From contig MGFR01000003.1 of NCBI GenBank assembly GCA_001791995.1, forward strand, positions 89,543 to 153,542: DNA of 64,000 bases, given 5' to 3'. Shown here piece after piece: positions 29,176 to 38,562 of the stretch. The translations under genes and the position numbers were made by a program. Under the pieces are notes generated by a model. The model worked only from the letters and a program-made list of their open reading frames with translations, made no database searches and was not told the origin of the DNA. Within the stretch, counting starts at the first letter, position 1, and every line of letters starts with the position of its first letter. The stretch is from Candidatus Woesebacteria bacterium RBG_13_46_13 (GTDB taxonomy: Bacteria > Patescibacteriota > Microgenomatia > UBA8517).

Positions 29176-32100
29176 TCAAGAAGGGTTTGAATCCAACACT
29201 CCGGAAATTTGCCGGGCCAATTCTTCACTCCAGGCAATTTTTACCGGCAGATTCATTCTGCCTTTTTTGCCTTCGAAAACCAGGGTTACTTTTGATTGTC
29301 CGGGATTTGCCACCAAGAGGTCCCTTAATTTTCTTAACTTCTCCGCTTCCGTAGCTTTGGGAATACGGATGAAGACTTCGTTCTCTTTATCTGTCCGTCC
29401 CTCGGCGGTTTGAATTGCCTCGACAATCAGCGCGGGTGTTTCTTCACGGCTATCGACTCTGCCGGAAATGAGTAATGGTTTATAGTCTACCCAGTAATTT
29501 CTGGTGGATTTGAATATTTTGGGAAATACCACCAAATCGATGGAGCCGGTATCGTCCTCGGCTCTGACAAAGGCCATCTCTTGTCCGGAGTTTCTGGTCA
29601 CCACAATTCTGACCTCTTTGACAACCGCCGCAACCCTGACCGATTCGCCGAAAGTCTCGTGAGGGGAGATTTCGAATATTTTGTGCGTGGCCTCATGGAT
29701 CAAGGGGGTGAGCAGTTCCCCCACCGGTTTTGCGGAAAGGGAAAGGCCCAAAAGTTGTCTTTCCAAAGTCTGCAGTTCTTCCTGAGAAAATTCGCTCACT
29801 CCGGTATCTAATTTCTGGGCCTCAAAACTCTTGGGGTTTTTGATAAGGTCCTCCTCACCGAAAAGGCCCTCCTGGTTTTCCAGCGATTTGGGTTTGGATA
29901 CTTTGGCCCTAAGCTCATCCACTGCGAAGAGCAGTGCCGCACGGGAACCGAAATCGGACAAGGCCCCGACTTTAATCAGACTTTCCAAAACTTTCTTGTT
30001 GACCCGCCTGGTATCGACTTTGGAAAGGAAATCGGCGAAAGAATTAAATTTAGCTGCCGCGCGGGCTGCCAGGATGGCTTCAATTGCCGCATCCCCGACG
30101 TTTTTAATCGCCGAAAGACCAAAGCGGATTGCCTTGCCTTCCAAGGAATCCTTAGCTTCAACGATCTTAAAGCCGATATCGCTCTCGTTGATATCCGGAG
30201 GCAGCACTTTAATCTTCATCCGCCTGCACTCGTTGACTGCGGCGGAAACCTTATCGGTATCGTCGGACTCTGCGGTTAAGAGTGCATTCATAAACTCAAC
30301 CGGGTAATTGGCTTTCATATAGGCGGTTTGGTAGGCCACCATTCCGTAGGAGGCGGCGTGGGCTTTATTGAATCCGTAAGCCTGAAACGGTTCAAACAGC
30401 TGCCAAAGCATCTCGGCGAATTCTGCGGTCTGGCCGTTTGAGATAATTCCTTCCACAAAATGCTTTTTCTGAGCTGCCATTTCCGCCGGAATTTTCTTGC
30501 CCACCGCTTTTCTGAATTTATCGGCTTCTTCCCAGCTATAACCGGCGAGGACTATGGCGCAGAAAAGAAGATCGTCCTGGTAAACAATCAATCCGTAACT
30601 TTTGTCCAAGAATTCTTTCATTCTGGGATCTAAGTATTTAATCAACTTGGGGTTATTCTTGCGGGCAATATATTCGGGTATCACCGACATCGGTCCCGGC
30701 CTGTAAAGGGCCACCATGGCCATCAAGTCCTCGATTCTTGAGGGCTTGAGATCTTTTAAGTATCTGGTCATACCGGAGCCTCCGAGTTGAAAAACTCCCA
30801 TGGTTTCACCGCGGGAGAGCATCTCGAAAGTTTTCTTGTCGTCCAAGGGAATCTTGGCAACATCGATCTTTTTACCCAGCATTTCCTCAACAATGGCAAT
30901 TGAAGAGCCCAAAATGGCCAGGTTCCTTATTCCCAGGATGTCGAATTTGATAAGGCCTACGTCCTCGCAGGCGTGCATCTCATATTGGGTAATAACCTTA
31001 TCCCCCGAAGGCTCGAGTTGGATTGGCGTAAACCCGGTCAAGGCCGAAGGGGCAACCACCACTCCCGCCGCATGTACTGAAATGTGTCTGGCCGACCCTT
31101 CTATTTCTTTGGCCAAATCGATAATTTTCTTGGCATCTTTATCTTCGTTGTAAAGAGTTTTTAAATCCGAAGATACCGAGAGTGCTTTTTCGATGGTCAT
31201 GGGGAATCCCTGTGATCCTAAGGGGATGAGCTTGGCAATCCTGTCGCCGATTGCGTAGGGAAAACCCAATACTCTGGCCACGTCCCTGACCGCCGCCCTG
31301 GCAAGCATTCTTCCGAAGGTACATATCTGGGCGACCCTATCGTGCCCATAGGTGTCGCTGATATAGCCGATAACGTCTTCGCGCCGATCGTCGGCAACGT
31401 CGAAATCGATATCGGGAGGTGAGGGTCTGAAGGGATTTAGAAATCTTTCGAACGGCAAGTTATAGATAAGTGGGTTGACCGTGGTAATACCTAAGACATA
31501 AGAAACTAGGGAACCGGCCGCAGAACCCCTGGTGTTGGTGATAATTCCCTTGGAATTGGCCCAATTAACCATATCCATAACAATCAAAAAATACGGGGCG
31601 TAGCCTTTGGTACAAATAATTTCGAGTTCGTACTCCAGTCGTTCTTTGGTTTCCTTATCCGGCTCTTTGATTTTCTCTGCTAGACGCTGCCTGACTATTT
31701 TTTTCAAATACTCATCCGGTGCAAGCTTATCCGGTACGGGAAATTCCGGAAAATACCACTTGCCCAGGGTAATATCGGTTTCGCACTTCTGGGCAATTTT
31801 GACCGTATTCTCAAGGGCTTCCGGTAAATCCGCAAAAAGCTCTGACATTTCATCGGGATTTGTGATGTAAAAGGTGGGAGTGTCGATAAATCTTAATCTT
31901 TCGACCTCCGAAACATTTTTCCCGGTGGCGATGCAAACCAACGCATCCTGGGCGGTTGCGTCTTCTTTTTTGATGTAATGTGCGTCGTTGGTGGCAACAA
32001 TCGGAATCCCCATTTCCCGGCTTAACTTTTTAACCCCCGCTAAAATCTTCTTCTCGTTTTCGGCCATGGAAAGAACCTCCTCTTTAAGCTTGGGATTTTC

Positions 32101-32661
32101 AATCGCCCCGACATAATCCGAGTAATTATGCTTTTGTACTTCGAGATAATAATCTTGGCCGAAAACATCCAAAAACCACTCGGCGGTCTTGACCGCTTTT
32201 TTGTAGTCATCCGCGATGAGGGCTTGGGCGAGCTCTCCCTGGGCACACGCCGAAGTGCAGATGAGCCCCTTGGCGTATTTTGCTAAGGTCTCCCGGTCCA
32301 CACGCGGCCGGTAATAGTAACCTTCTATATGGGCCACCGAGGTTATCTTCATCAAGTTTTCATATCCTTCCCTGTTTTTCGCCAAAAGCAGGAGGTGGAA
32401 GTTTTGGAACTTGGACCTCTCCGGCCTTTGGTGCATATCAACATCCGTGGTGTAACCCTCCATCCCGATGATGGGTTTGACCTCGTGCTTTAAGGCCTCT
32501 TTGTAAAAATCGATTACCCCGTACATTGCCCCGTGATCGGTTACGGCGAGGGAGTCCATACCGCTTTCTTTGATGTGGTTAAACAGTTTGGGAATATTGG
32601 ACAATCCGTCCAGAAGTGAATATTCCGTATGGACATGAAGATGGACAAACTTCTTGGCCAT
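29176..32661 (-). CDS. dnaE: DNA polymerase III alpha subunit (DnaE)
   Basis: PHP domain HLHVHTEYSLLDG, polymerase core, OB fold. Start chosen at MAKKFVHLHVH (32661) by comparison with the E. coli N-terminus. The track ORF extends to 32685 and would overlap gatB. Confidence 0.9.
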   Translation of the reverse strand: MAKKFVHLHVHTEYSLLDGLSNIPKLFNHIKESGMDSLAVTDHGAMYGVIDFYKEALKHEVKPIIGMEGYTTDVDMHQRPERSKFQNFHLLLLAKNREGYENLMKITSVAHIEGYYYRPRVDRETLAKYAKGLICTSACAQGELAQALIADDYKKAVKTAEWFLDVFGQDYYLEVQKHNYSDYVGAIENPKLKEEVLSMAENEKKILAGVKKLSREMGIPIVATNDAHYIKKEDATAQDALVCIATGKNVSEVERLRFIDTPTFYITNPDEMSELFADLPEALENTVKIAQKCETDITLGKWYFPEFPVPDKLAPDEYLKKIVRQRLAEKIKEPDKETKERLEYELEIICTKGYAPYFLIVMDMVNWANSKGIITNTRGSAAGSLVSYVLGITTVNPLIYNLPFERFLNPFRPSPPDIDFDVADDRREDVIGYISDTYGHDRVAQICTFGRMLARAAVRDVARVLGFPYAIGDRIAKLIPLGSQGFPMTIEKALSVSSDLKTLYNEDKDAKKIIDLAKEIEGSARHISVHAAGVVVAPSALTGFTPIQLEPSGDKVITQYEMHACEDVGLIKFDILGIRNLAILGSSIAIVEEMLGKKIDVAKIPLDDKKTFEMLSRGETMGVFQLGGSGMTRYLKDLKPSRIEDLMAMVALYRPGPMSVIPEYIARKNNPKLIKYLDPRMKEFLDKSYGLIVYQDDLLFCAIVLAGYSWEEADKFRKAVGKKIPAEMAAQKKHFVEGIISNGQTAEFAEMLWQLFEPFQAYGFNKAHAASYGMVAYQTAYMKANYPVEFMNALLTAESDDTDKVSAAVNECRRMKIKVLPPDINESDIGFKIVEAKDSLEGKAIRFGLSAIKNVGDAAIEAILAARAAAKFNSFADFLSKVDTRRVNKKVLESLIKVGALSDFGSRAALLFAVDELRAKVSKPKSLENQEGLFGEEDLIKNPKSFEAQKLDTGVSEFSQEELQTLERQLLGLSLSAKPVGELLTPLIHEATHKIFEISPHETFGESVRVAAVVKEVRIVVTRNSGQEMAFVRAEDDTGSIDLVVFPKIFKSTRNYWVDYKPLLISGRVDSREETPALIVEAIQTAEGRTDKENEVFIRIPKATEAEKLRKLRDLLVANPGQSKVTLVFEGKKGRMNLPVKIAWSEELARQISGVLDSNPS

Positions 32662-32662
32662 A

Positions 32663-33991
32663 TCAGCTTTCCTCCAAGAGACCAAGCAAAATTTCCTGAA
32701 TCACTTTGGGGTCGGCGCTGCCTTTAAGTTTCTGCTGAGCCTTACCCACCAGGAATCCCAAGACCTGTTTCTTCCCTTTTTTATAATCACTCACAGCGCT
32801 TTCTTCGGCGCCGACAATCTCTCTGACTGCTGTTTCCGTAATTTCTTTAGAGGAATATACCTTGTGCGTTGCCTCCACTATTTTTTTGATAAATCCTGCC
32901 GGTTCGCTAAAATCTTTATCCATGTTTTTGTTAATCATCAAATCCGCTATCGTTTTGGCCGAAAAACCGGACTTTTCTCCCAGGCTAACTGCTTTCTCGA
33001 AGTAATCTGCTCTGGCCAGATCATCGGCTAATATCCCGCAGTAAAGTGCGGACAAGCCGTAATCTTTTTCAAAGCGGTTTCGTTTTTCTTTGGGCAATTC
33101 GGGCAACGAAGCTTTTATTTTGGCAATTTCGTTATTATCGAATCTTAGAGGAGGAATATCCGGCTCCGGAAAGTAGCGGTAATCTTTGGCCTCTTCCTTC
33201 ACCCTTTGAGAAAAAGTCTTTCCCGTTGTTTCGGAGTAACCTCTAGTCTCCTGTACCACGGAGTCTCCTTTGGCCAATATTTCTTCCTGTCGGGCAAGCT
33301 CGACATTTATGGCTTTAACCAGAAATCTGAAGGAGTTAATATTCTTAAGTTCCACTTTATAATCGGGAAGAGCCTGACTTCCCAATTCCCCCAAAGAAAT
33401 ATTTGCCTCAAGGCGCATCGAGCCTTTTTCCATATCTGCGGTCGATATTCCCAAATAGCGGACTATTTTCTGCACTTCTTTCAAAAATTCGCTGACTTCT
33501 TGACCGTTTTCAAAATCAGGTTCGGTGACCAGCTCAACCAGGGGCACTCCGCTGCGGTTGAAATCCACCAGGGTAACTTTTATGCCCCCCACCTCCGAGT
33601 GAATCAGCTTCGCTGTATCTTCCTCCAGATGGATTCTTCTGATTCTGATTTTCTTGCCGGACTCCATTGTCCATTCCCCAAGAACACAGATCGGTAAATC
33701 GTATTGGCTTATCTGATAACCTTTGGGCAAATCCGGATAGAAGTAGTGCTTCCTGTCGAACTTGGAAAAGCTGTTTACCTGGCAAGCAAAAGCCAGGCCG
33801 AGTTTTGCGGTGGATAATATTGCCTCTCGATTGGCAAAAGGAAGTGCGCCCGGCAAGCCCAAACAGACAGGACAGACCTGGGTGTTGGCGGGCTTGGCGA
33901 AGTGTTCGCTGCTGCAGGCACAAAACATCTTCGACCTAGTCGAAAGCTCTACATGCACTTCCAATCCGATAATTTTTCTGAAAGCACTCAT
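32663..33991 (-). CDS. gatB: Asp/Glu-tRNA amidotransferase subunit B
   Basis: IGLEVHVELSTRSKMFCAC ; GatB/YqeY C-terminal domain. Confidence 0.9.
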   Translation of the reverse strand: MSAFRKIIGLEVHVELSTRSKMFCACSSEHFAKPANTQVCPVCLGLPGALPFANREAILSTAKLGLAFACQVNSFSKFDRKHYFYPDLPKGYQISQYDLPICVLGEWTMESGKKIRIRRIHLEEDTAKLIHSEVGGIKVTLVDFNRSGVPLVELVTEPDFENGQEVSEFLKEVQKIVRYLGISTADMEKGSMRLEANISLGELGSQALPDYKVELKNINSFRFLVKAINVELARQEEILAKGDSVVQETRGYSETTGKTFSQRVKEEAKDYRYFPEPDIPPLRFDNNEIAKIKASLPELPKEKRNRFEKDYGLSALYCGILADDLARADYFEKAVSLGEKSGFSAKTIADLMINKNMDKDFSEPAGFIKKIVEATHKVYSSKEITETAVREIVGAEESAVSDYKKGKKQVLGFLVGKAQQKLKGSADPKVIQEILLGLLEES

Positions 33992-35244
33992 CCGCTAAAG
34001 CCCTCCTCTATAAACTTTTGCCCCAGCTTCTTTGAAAAAATCAAACCTGTTAGAGTTAAAGCACCCAGAAGAAAAAGCAGTAACCTGATTCCGAAAAGTT
34101 CGGCAATCGTTCCTGAAAATATCACCGGAAAGATAGTCGCGATAGTTGCCAAAAACCAGAAATTCCCAAAGACCCTGCCCCTTAAACCTCCGGGGGTAGC
34201 CTCCTGCAAAAATGTCTGGGCGGGAATGATCATGCCCACGAAACTGGCACCGGCCAGAAGAATGATTAGAGGTCCCAAGATTACCCTACCTGTATCGGGA
34301 ATTTCGGGAAGAATAAAAACCAAAAGGAATAAAGTCAGGGTAATGAGGGTCAAAGACATATCGATTACCCTCTTTTTCCTCCAGCCAATCTTGAGAAGCT
34401 TGGAGGCTATCAATGCCCCCACGATAGCTCCCACCCCTGCCGGAACCACAATGGCAACACCCGCACTATTGAGAGGAACTTTGAAAACATCGGCAGCTAT
34501 CACCGGAATGTTTACGGTCACGATTGCCAAGGAAACCTGGATCGTTAAAAGCAGTACAAAAGGAACCAGGATACTCTTCTTTTCTTTGATAAATCTATAT
34601 CCTTCCAAAATTCTTTCAAAGAATTTGCCGATCGCCTCTTCAAATTCTTTGGGCAGGGTGTGCTGGGATTTTAATTCGGGAAGAAAAAGTACACTGACAA
34701 AGGCCAGGAACAAAAAGGCCGCACAGAGATAGAGTGTGGTATCAAATCCAAAAACCTGCTTGAGAATTCCGGCAAAACCGAAACCCAATATCAATGAGGC
34801 CTGTTGTGTCAGGAAGAAAAGACCATTGGCTTGCGGTAGGTACGGTTTCTTAACTACGGAGGGTAAGGTTGCCGCTTCCGCCGGAACGTAAAACTGATTT
34901 AAGAAGGAGTAGGAAAGGGCGACTCCATAAAGCAGGAACAAACTCGTCTGGTGCAAAAGCGCATAGGCCAGTATCGTTAAAGACTGTAGGAAATTAGTCA
35001 CGACCAGCATTTTTCGCCTGGAAACCATATCAACCGAAGCCGCGGCCAAGGGCCCTATAAAGATAGCAGGTAAGGCATAGATAACCCACAAAAAGCTGGT
35101 GGCGATAGAAGAGCCCGTCTTTTCGAAAAGCCGGGTCAGTAACAGAAAATTCATGATGTTAATCGTCAGCTGGGAAAGAACCTGAGAGACCCAGATATAG
35201 ACGAACTTAGGGTTCTTCAATAATGGTTTGTAATCCGATATCAT
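33988..35244 (-). CDS. MFS transporter
   Basis: 12 predicted TM segments with an MFS pattern. 4-nt overlap with gatB. Sits inside the gatCAB gene string. Confidence 0.75.
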   Translation of the reverse strand: MISDYKPLLKNPKFVYIWVSQVLSQLTINIMNFLLLTRLFEKTGSSIATSFLWVIYALPAIFIGPLAAASVDMVSRRKMLVVTNFLQSLTILAYALLHQTSLFLLYGVALSYSFLNQFYVPAEAATLPSVVKKPYLPQANGLFFLTQQASLILGFGFAGILKQVFGFDTTLYLCAAFLFLAFVSVLFLPELKSQHTLPKEFEEAIGKFFERILEGYRFIKEKKSILVPFVLLLTIQVSLAIVTVNIPVIAADVFKVPLNSAGVAIVVPAGVGAIVGALIASKLLKIGWRKKRVIDMSLTLITLTLFLLVFILPEIPDTGRVILGPLIILLAGASFVGMIIPAQTFLQEATPGGLRGRVFGNFWFLATIATIFPVIFSGTIAELFGIRLLLFLLGALTLTGLIFSKKLGQKFIEEGFSG

Positions 35245-35245
35245 T

Positions 35246-36655
35246 TTATAAATCCTTTGCTAGTTTAAACTTCCATCCAGATGCGTTCTGATAAAGTTCA
35301 CCGAGGGCAAAAAGCGTATGTTCCGAAAAGCGCGGGCCCATCAGTTGAATACCCAAGGGTAAACCTGCCTTTGAGAATCCGGATGGAATTGCAAGCCCTG
35401 GAATTCCTGCGATGTTTGCCGGCACGGTTAAGATATCCGCCAGATACATTTTTAAAGGATCGTCCGCTTTTTCTCCCAAGCGGAAGGCTGTGGTCGGGGA
35501 GACCGGAGCTATGATTGCATCAACAAGGGCAAAAGCTTTATCGAAATCTTCGATTATTTTGGAGCGGACCTTCATTGCCTTAAGATAATAGGCTTCGTAA
35601 TAACCGGCCGAAAGTACATAAGTCCCCAGCATGATTCTTCTTTTTGCCTCGGCTCCAAATGAAGTCCTGGGGCCTCCGTAGCGAACTCCGTCGTACCTTC
35701 CCAAGTTGGAGGAAACTTCCGCGGGTTGGATTATGTAATAAACAGAGATGGCATATCTTGTATGCGGCAGGTTTATTTCAACCAGCTCTATCCCCTCTTT
35801 TTCAAATAATTTAGAGGCTTTGTAAACCGAATCCTTCACTTCCTCCTCTACCCCTTCGGCAAAATATTCCTTGGGGATACCAAGTTTTATCTTGGCTTTG
35901 GGTTTGGCTGCTTTAAAATTCTTGACGGTGGAGTCTTTCCCGTCTTCGCCCCGAACCACATCAAATACCTTTTCGGCATCAGCCACGCTTTGGCTAAAAT
36001 GCCCAACCGAGTCCAGAGAAGAGGCCATTGCCGTCACCCCATACCTGGAAACTGCTCCGTAGGTCGGTTTAAATCCGACAACCCCGGAAAAATTTGCGGG
36101 TTGTCTTATCGAACCTCCCGTATCGGTCCCTGTTGCGATGGTAGTTAAACCACTGGCAACAGAAACAGCGGAACCGCTGGAGGAACCACCCGGCACAAAC
36201 TCCGTATTCCAGGGATTTTTGGTCGGCCCGTAATCCGAATTTTCTCCGGATGCTCCGTGGGCCCAGGCGTCGCAGTTGGTTTTCCCTATCGTAATACACC
36301 CCGCCGACTCCAGCCTGGCTACCACTGTGGCCGAGTATGCGGGGATATAAGTGTCAAGCACTTTTGATCCGGCTGTCGTTCGTATTCCTTCTGTCAAAAA
36401 TAAATCTTTATGGGCCACAACTGTCCCAAATAAGGGGTGCTCTCCTTTTATATCCACCCCCAAATCTTTAATAAGTTTGTCTACTTTTTTTGCATCGGAG
36501 TAGGCCTTATCTTTACTGACGGTAATAAAAACATTTAACTTGGGGTTAGCCTTTTCTATATTTTCCATGTAAGTATCAACCAATTCCACGCAGCTGACTT
36601 CTTTGGACAAAAGAAGCTTTTGTATTTCAGCAATTGTAAATGGTAGATTTTTCAC
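35246..36655 (-). CDS. gatA: Asp/Glu-tRNA amidotransferase subunit A (amidase)
   Basis: Amidase signature GGSSSGSAVSVASG. 469 aa. Confidence 0.9.
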   Translation of the reverse strand: MKNLPFTIAEIQKLLLSKEVSCVELVDTYMENIEKANPKLNVFITVSKDKAYSDAKKVDKLIKDLGVDIKGEHPLFGTVVAHKDLFLTEGIRTTAGSKVLDTYIPAYSATVVARLESAGCITIGKTNCDAWAHGASGENSDYGPTKNPWNTEFVPGGSSSGSAVSVASGLTTIATGTDTGGSIRQPANFSGVVGFKPTYGAVSRYGVTAMASSLDSVGHFSQSVADAEKVFDVVRGEDGKDSTVKNFKAAKPKAKIKLGIPKEYFAEGVEEEVKDSVYKASKLFEKEGIELVEINLPHTRYAISVYYIIQPAEVSSNLGRYDGVRYGGPRTSFGAEAKRRIMLGTYVLSAGYYEAYYLKAMKVRSKIIEDFDKAFALVDAIIAPVSPTTAFRLGEKADDPLKMYLADILTVPANIAGIPGLAIPSGFSKAGLPLGIQLMGPRFSEHTLFALGELYQNASGWKFKLAKDL

Positions 36656-36969
36656 TTTTCTCCTTTTTCCGACAGCACCGCATCAACGACAAAATAGCCG
36701 TTGTGGATTTTATCCGAACCCGAAAGCGCATTTTCTTTGCTAAGGTTATCCTGGCCCTTAAGTTCGTCGGTTCTGAATACGTCCGTAAGTCCGGTGGTTT
36801 GACTCGTTGGCTCAACCCCTTCGGTATTAACTTCCGCCAATTCTCCGACGTACTCAACCACCTGTGAAAGTTGCTTTGCGTATTTTTCTTCCTCTTCGGG
36901 GGATAGAGTTAACCGCGCCAGTTTTGCTACATGAAGCACTTCCTTCTTCGCCAATTTACTCATGTTCAT
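36652..36969 (-). CDS. gatC: Asp/Glu-tRNA amidotransferase subunit C
   Basis: MNMSKLAKKEVLHVAKLARLTLSPEEE typical GatC. 4-nt overlap with gatA. Confidence 0.85.
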   Translation of the reverse strand: MNMSKLAKKEVLHVAKLARLTLSPEEEEKYAKQLSQVVEYVGELAEVNTEGVEPTSQTTGLTDVFRTDELKGQDNLSKENALSGSDKIHNGYFVVDAVLSEKGEK

Positions 36970-37014
36970 ATCATATTCTTAAGAAGCTTCTTCGACAAGA
37001 CTTTTTCGCTAATA

Positions 37015-37941
37015 TCAGGCCATCTCCTTAAGAATCTTTATGCGCTCGGAAACGGGCGGATGGGTATTAAAAAGACCTGCCAATCTTTCTACTGCCCTAC
37101 CGGTTCTTTCTTTAAACGGATTGACTATAAAAAGGTGAGCCGTGGCTTTGTTAGCAACTTCCAAAGGCTCCCTGTCTGCCGAAATCTTTTCCAAAGCAGA
37201 GATAAGACCCTCCGGCTGGCGGGTAATGGCTACCGAGCCGGCATCGGCTAAATATTCTCTTCTGCGGGATATTGCCAGCTGGATAAGTTGGGCGATTATC
37301 GGTGAAAGGATTGCAAAAATAATTCCTAGTAACATAATTACCGCTCCCAACCCTCCACTGTCATTGTCGTCCCTTCTTCCGCCCCAGCGCATTCTGAGAA
37401 ACCAATCTCCCAGGAGGGCAACCATCCCCACCATGACTGCCACCAACCCCTGGAGTCTGATGTCGTAATTTTTGACGTGTGATAACTCGTGACCGATTAC
37501 CCCTTCCAATTCGGTTCTTGTTAGTTTGTCTAAAAGTCCGGTGGTTGCACAGATGACCGCACGCTTGGGATCTCTGCCTGTAGCAAATGCGTTCGGGGCG
37601 GAGTCTTCTATGACGTAGAGTTTGGGTTTGGGAAGTCCGGTCGCAATGGCCAAATTTTCGGCAACAGTATAGAAAGTAAAGTCCTTCTTCCTATTGGCCG
37701 GTCTGGCCTGGGATATCGAAAGAACTATCTTGTCGCTGAAATAATAGCTGCCGATACTTAATAGTCCCGAAACAATTAGGGCCAAACCTACCATCCCCAA
37801 CCCACCCGGACGGTATCCGCTATAGACAGCAAATGCCTGGGACAGAACATAGACTGCCAGAGCTACAAAGAGAAAAAAGACAACAACAACTAAAGCGCTT
37901 TTGCGCTTATTGGCTGCTTGGGCTTCGTAAACGTTGACCAT
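37015..37941 (-). CDS. htpX: M48 zinc protease HtpX
   Basis: HELSHVKNYD (HExxH) plus TM segments. Confidence 0.85.
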   Translation of the reverse strand: MVNVYEAQAANKRKSALVVVVFFLFVALAVYVLSQAFAVYSGYRPGGLGMVGLALIVSGLLSIGSYYFSDKIVLSISQARPANRKKDFTFYTVAENLAIATGLPKPKLYVIEDSAPNAFATGRDPKRAVICATTGLLDKLTRTELEGVIGHELSHVKNYDIRLQGLVAVMVGMVALLGDWFLRMRWGGRRDDNDSGGLGAVIMLLGIIFAILSPIIAQLIQLAISRRREYLADAGSVAITRQPEGLISALEKISADREPLEVANKATAHLFIVNPFKERTGRAVERLAGLFNTHPPVSERIKILKEMA

Positions 37942-37943
37942 CT

Positions 37944-38534
37944 CTAAAGCTTAACCTTGGGGGATTTCATCTCGGTCTCACTAACCTTGGTGTGTTCACC
38001 CTCTTGGGGTGTAATTAAACCAGGCAGTTCGTCGAATTTGAAGAGACCTGCGATGAAGCTTGAAGGAACGCTTACCCTGCGAACGTTGTAATCCGCAGTT
38101 AAGTCGATTACCAACCTTCTGGCGTACATTACCTTATCCGAGGTATCCCTAAGTTCATCCATAAGTTTGGTTACAACATCCGAACCTTTAAGCTCGGGGT
38201 TATCCTCAACGGCGACCGTAATCGAAGGGATGACGGCTGCGAGCTTGGCTCCTGCGTCGGCCATTTTCTGGACATTTCCAGATTGAACGGCGGCCGAGAT
38301 TGCCCTTCTGGCCGAAGTCAAATCCTCAAAAATACCTTTTTCGTGTTTGAGGTAGCCTTTTGTCGATTCAACCAAATTCGGAATAAGCTCGGCTTGTCTC
38401 TTGAGTTGGTTTCCTATCTCTTGCACAGAGGCCTTGATTCTGGCTTTGCTCGAGACAAAAAAGTTATAAACGGAAATAGCCCACAAGACCAAAAGTACTG
38501 CTATTCCTAGTGCTAAATACCACATTGTTATCAC
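37944..38534 (-). CDS. lemA: LemA family membrane protein
   Basis: N-terminal TM plus a LemA helical domain. Adjacent to htpX, as is commonly observed. Confidence 0.8.
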   Translation of the reverse strand: MITMWYLALGIAVLLVLWAISVYNFFVSSKARIKASVQEIGNQLKRQAELIPNLVESTKGYLKHEKGIFEDLTSARRAISAAVQSGNVQKMADAGAKLAAVIPSITVAVEDNPELKGSDVVTKLMDELRDTSDKVMYARRLVIDLTADYNVRRVSVPSSFIAGLFKFDELPGLITPQEGEHTKVSETEMKSPKVKL

Positions 38535-38562
38535 CCCCTATCTAACCAATCAGTTTACTAGC

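Noticed and set aside
33902-34732. 276-aa plus-strand ORF
   Set aside because: Antisense to the MFS transporter gene, whose 12-TM hydropathy pattern is far more convincing.
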